From contig OZ287083.1 of NCBI GenBank assembly GCA_965645245.1, positions 930,001-994,000 on the forward strand: a stretch of DNA of 64,000 nt. Direction: 5' to 3'. The notes beneath the pieces are model-generated. The model was not told the origin of the DNA. It was given only the letters and a program-made list of their open reading frames with translations, and made no database searches. Made by a program: the position numbers and the translations under genes. Source of the stretch: Massalongia carnosa (Eukaryota). Below are positions 22,615 to 34,041 of the stretch, in pieces. Position 1 is the stretch's first letter, and every line of letters starts with the position of its first letter.

Positions 22615-24607
22615 TGTCAGGGTCCTGGCCTGACCCGACATGCTCTGGTAGTCACGGGATAGGGTGACTCGCCTAAGCAGTAGCGCGCGTCGCTTGACTG
22701 GCTATCGCGCCACGGTAGATTATGTTTAGGATAGATTTAGCGATGATTATTCTTTTCTTTCCTTCCTTGTAGTTAAATTCTAGTTCATAGCTACTGAATA
22801 ATATCAGGGCAAGCTGCCTGACATAATTTAACTACCTTTAATGCTTATCAGAACTCTTCCAGTCTTCTAGAAATTCCAGTACATTTAAATAGGAACAACG
22901 ACCTGCTCCTTCAGCTTTCCAGAACGACCACTCGTGAGAATCCGAGCTGGTTCTCACTCCAGAACCTTCAGAACTTCCAGAATCGAAAGACAGAGCTCTT
23001 TCACCTCCAGAGCACAGTCATGAGTTCGAAAACCCCCCTGACTGCTCGAAAGGCCGGCGCTCCCCGCGAAGACGCTCAAGCAGGCCCTGCCTTTAACACT
23101 CGCGCCCGTTCCATGTCCCGTCATTCAGCTCGCTCTGATAACATGCCAGGGACGTTCGAAGATTCCGAGCTTACACCCGGTGAGCAGATGGGAGACGCGA
23201 CAGAATGTACACTAGAAAAGACCCCGAAGGCTGGGTCAGGAAAAGAGAAGGAAGGGGCTCGCGAGATTGATATCTCGGAACATCCATACTACGAACGGGA
23301 AACTCGGACACATCCCGCGCGACACAAAACCCGCAACCTAGAAGACTTCCGTAATGCCGTCCTAGACGAGAACAAAGGTCCTCGTTGGTATGAGTTTTTG
23401 TCTAAAGCAATTCTCTATGACAAAACACTGTACGGAAAAAGCTTCGCGCTTCATGAGAATCTTATCAAGACCAAGAAGCATTTAGAACAATATAAGCAGA
23501 TTAATGACCGTTTCGTTGACGAAAAGGATGAAGACGAACGCCAAATCCTTCTTGCTCAGGAAGAGCTTTCGCATAAAGAAATTGAGTTGGAAGAAGCCCT
23601 CCGGGCCCAACAGGACTTACAGAAAGAGAAGGAGAAACTTGAGCGACGGCTGGCAGCTCCCGGCCCCTCTCGTGGCCAACGGGAGGACACTGCTACAACC
23701 CAGAGCACCACTATAAATCCCCAGAACTGGCGTCCATGTGGCATTCACCCCAGCAAGCCTCTGAAAGGCGAAGACGCTGAGGAATATAGTCCTTGGCAAT
23801 ACTCACTCCGAAACAAGCTTAAGACCGATTCTCCGCTTTACGCCAACGAGGGCGAAAAGGTCAGTTATGCTCTATCGCAAATGGAAGCGCCTATCTTTGG
23901 GGCTATGCACTCCTGGGTCGCCGACATGGGCTCTCACCATTGACGCTCTGTTCGACGAGATCGAACATTATATGGGCATACATCTCCAGAGCCGAGATGC
24001 CAAGAAAGAACTCATCACCATCACAATGAAAAGTGGTGAAAGTGTAAGCGAGTACTATCATCGAATTTTTAAGCTTTGGCAAAAGGCCAAAACCCCCATC
24101 GACGAGAGGTTAGAGAAGCTTCTTGTAACATTGAAGCCAAGCATCTCTAATTCACTGATGGGGTTCAGTTTTCACCGACTTTCGTCCCTTGCTCGACGAA
24201 GCTAGGAGAATCGAAGATCGACGCAAGGATATCGCTCACTACTTTCCTCGGCCAGAGAAGTCTGGTCCGTCAAAGAACTCTGGTCGCGAAGGCAAGTCCT
24301 CGAGTGGACAAACCTCCATTTCCGATTCTCGTCAATCGAGTGCAAAAGAGAAGAAGTCGAATGATCATCCAAACTCCAAGTTCAGCGCCACGATAGTCAA
24401 ACCCGCTGGTTGGATAGGGGTTTGGTACGATCCTGACCCCAACCCCAAAAAGTTAGAGAAGGAAGAGCGAGAGACATTGTCGCATCAGGGACGCTGTTGG
24501 GCATGTCGGGGGTCAGGTCATCGAGGAAACGACTCGATCTGCCCTCAATTTAAAGAAAAAAAGCTTAACACTACAAGAGTTTTTGAGATAGACTCTGACT
24601 CCGAGTC

Positions 24608-24647
24608 GGGAAAAGCTTAGTCCTTGATCAAAATCGCGATCAAGGAC
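24608..24647 (+). promoter_or_regulatory. -1 ribosomal frameshift signal between gag and pol
   Basis: In-frame slippery heptamer G GGA AAA, then a 10-bp stem GTCCTTGATC/GATCAAGGAC. The -1 frame is open into the protease ORF at 24689. Confidence 0.85.
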
Positions 24648-26736
24648 GTCTTAAGAAAGATGTCATTTGTGAAATTGGTAGCGCTGAAATGAAGACAGTA
24701 ATGGTGTCTCGTTGTGCTGTTCTCGATACTGAAAAGAAGATCGAGGGCAAGCATCTAGTATTTAAAACTAGCATAGCTGGAATTAAAACTCATCTACTTG
24801 TTGATAATGGAAGTGAGGCTGAGCTCATTGATGAATTCTTCGCGCGTGTAAATAAACTGAACACCTCTAAATTAGAAAAGGGGGTTAAACTGACCCTTGG
24901 AAACGGAGAGGTTGCCCAACTTCTCACGAGGACCGCCTTAGTCGACGTCAAATCGGGGATCATCAAGAACAAGTCCTTTGCTATGTAGCGAAACTGGACT
25001 TATACGCGATTATTCTAGGAGATGGGTGGCTACAAACTCACAACCCCAGCATTGACTGGAAAGAGCGAACTATGAAGTTTAACTCTGCCTATTGCTTGGA
25101 AATGGGATGCCTTTCGCGTGGAATAACCTGCAACGGATTTGCTGTTGGAAGTAGGACAAAGAATAGATCGGAACAAAAGACGATATCGAAGTCCTTCCGG
25201 TCAATGCGAAACATTTCTTTCGGATGGTTAGGAAGAAAGATCACGAGGGATACTTATGGACTCCCCGAGAACATAAGACCTTCTGTGCCACAAGCACTGG
25301 GGCCGTCACCTCAAAGGATTATGACAAGTTTATGAAAGGCAAACCCGAGTACTCCCGCGAAGAATTGTTGAAGAAAATTCCCTCAGAGTATCATAGCATG
25401 ATAGATGTCTTTATGAAGCACAAAGCAGACGAACTACCGGAACATCGTAAGGAGGATCACGAGATCAACCTCATGGACGGAAAAGAACCCCCTTATGTCA
25501 GGAACTATAAGCCTATGTCAGAACAGGGGTTGGAAGCTGTCAAGAAGTATATTGACGAACATATGGGAAAGGGATTCATTCGTCCTAGTTCGTCGACAGC
25601 AGCTGCTCCAGTCCTTCTAGTTCGAAAACCAGGTGGTGGACTGAGATTTTGTGTGGACTATCGAGCCTTGAACGCCATCACAGTAAAGAATCGATATCCT
25701 ATTCCCCTAATTAACGAGACGCTCGGAAAACTCTCGTAGGCAAAACGCTTCACGAAAATAGACGTTATTACGGCATTCAATCATCTTCGAGTAAAAGAAG
25801 GACATGAATGGCTTAACGCTTTAACACAAGATATGGCCAGTTCGAATATCTAGTCATGCCTTTCGGTTTATGCAATGCTCCAGGGACTTTTCAGAGTTAT
25901 ATAAATAATTCTGTTCGGGAATATTTAGACGTCTTTTGTATTGCTTATCTGGATGACGTCTTGATCTATAGTGATAATGAGGAAGAACATTCAGATCACG
26001 GCTTGAAGGTTCTTAAACGCTTGGAGGAACGAGGACTCCAAGTTGACATTGACAAATGTGAATTCTCGGTGTTTAAAGTAAAATACCTCGGACTTATAGT
26101 CACCACTGAAGGAATACAAATGGATTCCGAGAAGATTGAAGCGATTTTGAAATGGGAAACTCCGGAGTCCGTGAAGGTCGTGCAAGCTTTTCTAGGCTTT
26201 GCAAACTTCTATCGACGATTCATATCAAAGTTCTCTCAGCGTACAAGATCTCTGACGGAATTAACAAAAGGGGAACAAATAACGACCAAGTCGGGCAAGA
26301 AGAGAACCCGATATAACGTGTTTATCTGGACCGAAGATTGTAAAAAAGCTTTCGAAGATTTGAAAGAGGCCTTCACTACTGCACCAGTGTTAGCGCACTA
26401 CGATCCTTCTCTAGAGACATGGATAGAAACAGACTCTTCGGATTTCGTCACTGCCGGAGTCTTATCTCAGATGCATGACGGAGTGCTCAGACCGGTAGCA
26501 TATTTCTCCAAGAAGATGACACCGGCCGAATGCAATTACATGATATATGATAAGGAACTCCTCGCTATCATAAAGAGCTTCGAGGTCTGGCGGGCCGAGG
26601 CAGCAAGTGCTGCACCTGACCAGCCAATCAAAGTTTATACTGATCATATAAACCTGGAACACTTTATGACGACAAAGCAACTGAACCGCAGACAGGCCCG
26701 ATGGGCTGAATTCCTTTCGGAGTTCAATTTCAAATC

Positions 26737-26907
26737 TGTGACAAAGCGAGATAATGAATAGATTTCTACCATTGCGCCACCTGTCCTTCCCGACTAAAAG
26801 GCACAATACTTAGTCCGTAGACCAAGCTCTATTCTACTATAACTGGGACTCCTGCTATGTTCGCTGTAGGTCCTGCCGTCCGCACCACGCATGGTCGAAC
26901 CGTTACA
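26737..26907 (-). mobile_element. Solo LTR of the TRIM family inserted in chromovirus pol
   Basis: Reverse complement of the 15135 LTR. Flanked by AAATC (one extra A on the right). Splits 'EFNFK/IMYRPG'. Confidence 0.93.
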
Positions 26908-28838
26908 AAAATCATGTATCGACCGGGCAGACAAGGCGAAAAGCCGGACGCACTTACTCGACGTTCTCAAGATCTGCCAAAAGGGTTTAACGATCTCGAC
27001 AACAACATCAATTCCAGACATTGCTACAGGAGCATCAACTGGACGATGACGTAAAGAAGGCTTTATCAGTGATCTTCTGTGCAAACACAAGAACACATGA
27101 CACTGACGAAGAAGCTGAAGAACCTCAGGACATCGAGGACACTGAAGAAACTCAGGACATCGAGGATGATGAAGAGGCTCAGAGTCGGATTCTAGATGAA
27201 ATCCTGGTGAAAGAACTAGGCGACAATTCGGAAGAAGATCCATCAGCGAAACCTCTAGAAGAACTAATCGAAGAAGCTTATGAAAAAGATGAAGTGGTTC
27301 AAGACATAATCGCTGCCAAAACACGAGAACTTCGCAAGCTTCCATCGCATCTTATAAAGAAAGGGATCAAATTAGCCATGGGAGATCTCAAAGTGAAAGA
27401 TGAAAGACTATATGTTAAAGAAAGGTTGTATGTCCCAGATCATGAACCCCTTCAATTATGCCTGTTGCAGAAACATCACGAACCTCCTCTGCAAGGACAC
27501 CCGGGATATAAAAGCATGTATCAGTCACTGATGGAAAACTACTTCTGGTTCGACATGAAAGATCACTGCAAAAGATACGCAGTGAACTGCTCCATTTGTC
27601 GAAGGTCAAAATCATACAATGTCAAGAAACAGGGCTTACTGAATCCTCTACCCATACCGAACAGAAAATAGACGTCTCTTTAGACTTTGTGGAGTTTTTG
27701 CCGGAATGTCGGCGAAGGAATAGAGTGTATCAACACATATTAGTGATAGTAGACCGTCTAACCAAAAGACGATTATACGAACCGCTTACGTCACTCTCCA
27801 CCGACGAATTAATGGACGCCATGTCTCGACGACTCTTCTCCTCGTATGGCTTTCCATTGTCAACGGTAACCGATCGAGGCAGTCAGCTGACTGCTCATCT
27901 GTGGAAAAGAATTTGTGAAAGATACGGGGTAAAGATAAAGTTCTCTTCAGCGCATCATCCAGAAACGGATGGTCAAACTGAGAATGCAAATAAAGTAATG
28001 AAGAACTACCTTCGATCATACATCAATTATGCTCAGAACAACTGGGTCGACTATCTTTCAGATGCCGAGTTCGCCGTCAACAATCATGTTAACGTTTCGA
28101 CAGGAATGACACCATTCTTTGCAGATCACGGCTTTCATCCTCGTTCAGGAATAGAGCCTCCAGGAACATATGAAGAAAAGGGAAAAGCCGAGATACTTCA
28201 TGCTGACAAAATAGTCGCTCGCCAGGAAGCAATGCGAGAACGGTTAAGAAATCAGCTAACATGGGCCCAGGAAGAACAAACACGACATGCTAACAAAGAT
28301 CGTCAACCGCATCCAGAATACAAAGTGGGCGATTTAGTGTACGTTAATGCTAAACATTTCGCATCAGAGCGTCCAAGTCGTTCCCTCGGGTTTAAAACGT
28401 TGGTCCCTGGAAAATTGTTAGGATAATCGATAACAAGGCATATGAGCTTGACATACCACAGCATTTAAAGAATGTGGGACTCACCCCAATATTTCATCCA
28501 TGGAAGTTGCATCTCGCTCCGTCGAATCCATTCCCAGGGCAAGTACTGCCTCCCGGCCCACCTGTCTTGATCACCGAGAACGATGAGGAGGCAACACATA
28601 AAGAGTGGGAAATCTTAGAGATAGTGGACTGTCGAGAGAGAAGGAAATTTGGGGTACAGTATAAGGCCACATATATTGGAAATTGGGACGAATGGAACGC
28701 CGACCCACCTTGGCAACCATGGACCGACTTCAGAAAGTCTATCGAAAAGGTTCTGCAATATTATAGAGAACATCCTCGAAAACCGAAGGCGCCAGAGGAC
28801 CTCACAGGGATGGATCAGACGATCGATAACGTCAGACC

Positions 28839-31800
28839 ATGCTTAGACCTATCATGAATGTGAGCGTCTTTAGCCAACTGGATGGCAGCCTGATTATCTG
28901 CCTTCAGCTGTATTGGAGAGTCAACCTGATGCTTGCCGTTTTCGCGAATGTTGACACTGGGATCGAAGTATTTAGCAAAGCCTATATCCTTCATTAGCTG
29001 AACGAGCCAAATGCCCTCTTTAGCACATATGGATAGAGCCATGTATTCTGCTTCGGTGGTTGAAGTAGCAACCGACTTCGGCTTTCTGCTCATCCATGAT
29101 ATAGGCCCTCCTCCTAACATGAATACATATCCTAAAATCGATTTTCTCTCAAGTCTATCGGCCGCGTAATCTGAATCGGAATATCCAACGAGACTATGAT
29201 TTCTCTCTGTTCCGTAGAGTATGCCAAGATCGATGGTGGATCGAACATATCGAAGAAGTGCCTTTAGCGCATGACCGTGATGAATAGCAGGATCGCTTAA
29301 ATATTGGCTTGGCCTTCCAAGAGCGAATGCTATATCTGGTCATGTGTGAATCGCTGCGTACATGAGACTTCCAACGATTTGCTGATACTCCTTTTGATCT
29401 ATGCATTTGTCGGCTTTTCCAGCTGGTCGCAGTGAATCGTAGCCATTCATGGGAATTTCGGTAGGCCTATGCTTGTCAACGCTCATGTGCGTTCTTTCCA
29501 TCACATCTTTGAGATAGTGCGTTTGATCCATTCGGAGTATGCGATTCTTGCGATCTCGGGTGACTCGAATGCCTAGAACTTTTGACACTTCTCCTAGATC
29601 TTTGATGCTGACGGCAGTGTTGAATTCTCGTTTGAACCAGTTGATTTCCTTCATCATCTTGGCGGCTATCACTAAGTCATCTACGTGCATGAATATAATG
29701 ATACCTTTGACAGGATGAGTGAATAAGCATGGATCGGAAGGGCATTGTGCGAAGCTTAGCTTGATCAGCTCATTGGTGCAGCGGCTATGCCATTCTCTGG
29801 CGGATTGCTTTAGACCGTAGAGACTTTGCAGAATCTGAAGAGCTCTACCGGGGGCGACCTTGACTCCTTCCGGTGCAGTCATGTAGATGGTATCCTTTAG
29901 GGATGACTGAGTGAATGCATTATTCACATCTACTTGATGGCATTCCAAATTCTCCAGGGCTACTATAGCGAGTACTGTGCGTAGAGTGTCTGATCTTACC
30001 GTGGGAGCAAAAGTGTCCGCATAGTCGATGCCGTATTTCTGGGTAAATCCACGGGCGACTAATCTTGCCTTTAACTTCTCCAACGAGCCGTCGATATTCA
30101 GTTTGACCTTGCATACCCATTTGCAAGTGACAATATTCGTTTTTGGAGGGGGTACAGCTTCTTTCCATGTCTTATTGCTAATCAGCGCGTTGATCTCGGT
30201 GTCCACTGCTTCCTTCCATAACTCCCCCCACACTCGATCATTCACCGCTTCGCGATAAGATCTAGGTGTTGATATGTTCTTTCCTGACGAAAACGTATTT
30301 GCTGACATGGCGACTCCCATTTGAGATGTCCATCTTCGTCATTGTCTTTGTCATCAGCGAATAATGCTAGGAAGGCGCGAGGTATTTTGAAAGCCGGTTC
30401 CTCGGGAGCTAAATCTTCATTGGATCGTTTGCGCTTAGGCATCGCCACATGTGAGAATATGGGTGCGGTTGCGGCAGGAGCTGATGTGGCTGCAGCGTGA
30501 GCTGGGTCATTCGTGATTTGGGCTGGATCGGGAATTGATGTTAGTGGTGCGTCTTCGGTGACATCATTGTTTGGATTTGGTTGGCCAGGAGCTTCATGTG
30601 TTGGTTGATCTTCGTTGCTAGGAATCTCCACATGTAAAAATCTTTCCAAGATTTTGGCAGCAGGTTCGCTGTCTTTCATCTCTTTTTGTGGTCTTCCTAC
30701 TGGGCGTCTCTCGGGTAACATGTTGAGAGTCTGCTTTCGCAGCTTTAAATCCTTGTCGCCACCCTTCAGATTTTCATCAAACTTCACCACATGACTTCTG
30801 ATAACTCTCCCTAGATCAGGTGCCCAGAGACGATACTGCTTGGTAGTCTCCTCTACGTATCCCATGAACACTCCTACCCTTCCTCTATCCATGAACTTGT
30901 CCCGTCTTCCTCCTGCAGGCAGCGATTTGGGGTCGACGTATGAGTAGTATTTGCAGCCCCAGACGCGGATGTGATCAATGGATGGCTTGATGCCGGTGAA
31001 AGCCTCCTCTGGTGTGCTTGTATTGCCGTCGAGAATTGGTCCACATCCCGTACGATTGCGAAGATATGCGTCCGCTTCCATAGCCTCCTTCCAGAATTCG
31101 ATAGGGAGTCCTGCGTCCTTTGTCATGGCTCGCACCGAGTTCTCGGTGGTGCGGATGCCCGCTCGGCGACTCCGTTTTGAATGGACATATAGGGTACGGT
31201 GTATTGTGGGACGATGCCGATTGAAGAGCACCATTCGTCCAATGTGGCCTTCAATTCGGTAGCATTATCGCTTCGTACAGCCAGCAATCGTTGTCCGCTT
31301 TGCAGCTCGACCTTTAGCCTCCATTTCCGCAGTTCTCCTGGTGCTTCTTCTCGTTTCTTGAGCGGAATGGACCATATCTTTCTGGAATATTTATCCACAA
31401 TTTCCAGGAAATATATGTATCCTTCTTGAGAAGCAGGCAAAGGGCCGCAGATGTCGATAGAGACTAACGCCAAGAGAGAGGTTTTTCGTTCGGTTGTCTT
31501 GCCTCTTTTATTGGTGAGCTTGGTGAGGGCGCATACCTCGCAGACGTGATCTTCATCTTTGCTGATTGGAATGGGCTTTTCTAGAGTGGTCACTTTGTAC
31601 AGATTGCGCAGCTTTTCTCGACCTAAGTGGGCAAATCTTCGGTGCCATAGCCTGTACGTTTCGAGGATCTTGTCAGCCTTGTTTGGAGTGGGTATTGACG
31701 CTGTTTCGATATTCATTTGCTCATGTGGCAGGGACGCTGAATCCGCGCCGCGCGGTTTTACCTGATCCTGCATGCTTGGAAAGGCAGTGTCATGATGCAT

Positions 31801-33805
31801 TGATACGGTTAAAGCAAATTCATCGAGATCTTTTGCGATTTCTCGACAATATATACTTCCCCTCGCTGTCGTGTTTCCAAGATTTCCTTACCTTGCTTAT
31901 CATGCATTCGTAGCCCATGCTGATTGAAACTTCCAATGAGACCCTTCTCACACATTCGCCTGCCAGATAGAAGATTAACCCCCAACTTGGGGACGTAGAG
32001 AACAGAAGTAAGAAATCCTCGATTGCCATGCTTGTCCTTAATCACACATGTCCCGCGATGATGAGCGTATAGCTCTCTTCCGCCGACCTTTATCTTTCGT
32101 CTTCTGATTCTGGTCAGAGGTCCACTAAAGAGTTGAAGAGCGTCAGTCATATGAGACGATGCACCGGAGTCAGCTACCCATTTTGATCTGGGGATCTTAC
32201 TGACTGCTTCTCCAGAGAGAGCCGCAGTTTCTTCGGGGTCATCATCATTGCTCGATGCGAAATCTTCTTCTTCGTCTTCCTCTTCTGATTCGTCGGCGAG
32301 ATAGCTTCGATGGCGCTTGGCGGATTGCTTGCCGATTCTCTTCTTCCTCTTTGCCAGGTCTTTAGCATGCGAACGTGCGCTCTCTAGGAAGTCACATTCT
32401 TTCATTCGATGAGACTCGTCCCCGCAGATGAAGCAGCCCTTTCTTGATTCTTCTTTGTCCTTTGCTCCTCTTCTTGAGCTCGTGGAGCTATCGCGCTTGG
32501 GCTGTTTTGATTTGCTGTGGCTTCTTGAGAAATTGAACGGCCTTCGCTCTCGCTTTTGCTTTGCGAGCAGAGCTTCTTCGACCTTTGATTGTGTCAGCTG
32601 CATTTCCTTGTCTTCTAGTCTTTTTATGCCGATTTCGGCATCTACCCCTCAATCGCGTCAATTCCGTCTTTGATGACGGCGTATTCAGCCGGGAGCGATT
32701 GTAGAAGCAGTTGAAAGAGTTGCTGAGTGGAAAATGCATCGCGAAGTTTGGGCGTGGCCATGATGACCTTGTCTCTCAACAACAGAAGTTCCCCCCATGC
32801 CTCCTGAATGGTGGTGTTTTGTTCCATCTTGTATGACACCAGCTCTTGGAGATATTGTCTTCCTGATGTGGGAAGTATGTTGCTGTATTTGTTGAACAGC
32901 GAGGTCCATTTCTCTGCCGCTGTTTTCATTGCCCGTACGCGTTCTTGATCGAATTGACCTAAGCAAATGGTAATGAGATAACATGCCTTCGCGTTATCCT
33001 TTTTCCAATTTTCTGATTCCACGATTGGGGTACCTGGAGTGAGAGGAGTGCTTGTCTTCTCCTTTCCTTTTCCATCAATGCTCAGTTTGTTCATTTGCTG
33101 CTGGAGAAGTGCTGTTGGATTGAGGTTTGGCTGTGGGTCGCTGATGGTGTGGAAGATGCCCTCCGCCTCGAAGTGCATTTCGGCTAGTTCGAACCATCTT
33201 TGATAGTTTTCCCTAGTTAAAATGGGCAAAGGTCTTCTTTTAGCTAGATCGTCTGCAATTTTTGTCATTTTGTAAGTTGTGCTTGTTGTTTTCCTTCGTA
33301 TCAAGCTGCCGAAAGTGCGTGTGCTGATTTTTCCTACCTAAGGGAATCGTAATGAGCTGCCGAAGTGCTGATTCTTCCTATCTAAAGGAATCGTATTCGA
33401 GCTACCGAGATGCTGATTCTTCCTATCTAAAGGAATCGTAGTCGAGCTGCCGAGATGCTGATTCTTCCTACCTAAAGGAACCGTAGTCGAGCTGCCGAGG
33501 TGCTGGTTTATCCTACCACAGGAATCGTAAGGAGCTGCCGAGGTGCTGATTCTTCCTACCTAAAGGAATCGTAGTCGAGCTGCCGAGATAGCGATTTGCG
33601 AAGAGCTATATCCTTTCCTGATGTTCGGAAGCTTGTTGACCGGGCTCATAACCAGTTTAAAGGAGACTCTGGTTGCAAGTAATCGCATTGACTGTATAGC
33701 TATCTAGAATAGGTTCATTGAACATTCGACATGTTCAATGAACAAGGCTTAGCGCCATCTAAGCGACACCCAATCCCAGCTGTACAAATCAACCGCTATT
33801 TAACA
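28839..33805 (-). mobile_element. Ty1/copia (copia-2), frameshifted and 3'-truncated; outer LTR edge uncertain
   Basis: Gag 32642-33304, CFICGD-H-C, WVADSGAS, LWHRRFAH, SDNATE, KARLVARGF, HVDD. RNase H stops at 'DRSKH'. PBS GGTTATGAGCCC at 33642-33653. Confidence 0.93.
33303..33590. repeat. ~43-bp tandem repeat (about 6.5 units) in the copia-2 leader
   Basis: Unit is approximately GAGCTGCCGAGRTGCTGATTCTTCCTAYCTAAAGGAATCGTAGTC. Confidence 0.9.
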
Positions 33806-33994
33806 AATACATTAAGTTCGTTTATAATATTAATTTCAAGTTTAACATTACACGATATACATAACAATTGACATCTTAACGACTCCTGACGAGTCAGACC
33901 CGGCCGTCGCTTTTTTACGATATAGGTAACATTTTATATTGTTTGATATAACCTTAAAATATTAATTAATCGGGATAATTAAACTTAAGTTAAC

Positions 33995-34039
33995 GATGAT
34001 AATGATTATGATGATGATTCTTATTCCGATGTGGTAGTA
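33995..34039 (-). mobile_element. Very short LINE 3' end remnant
   Basis: Minus strand reads ATCGGAATAAGAAT plus (CAT)n, the same terminal motif as LINE-A and LINE-B. Confidence 0.6.
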
Positions 34040-34041
34040 TA

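Larger units (their letters stand above)
22615..28838 (+). mobile_element. Ty3/gypsy chromovirus, decayed, 3' LTR missing
   Basis: LTR 22615-22823 (TGTCAGG...CCTGACA). Gag 23020-24620 with [48 protein letters not shown]-terminal chromodomain 'EWEILEIVD...QYKATYIG...WQP'. Confidence 0.95.

Noticed and set aside
33880..33912. Hammerhead ribozyme core (CTGACGAG)
   Set aside because: No GAAA follows a stem II and no cleavage-site helix is evident.
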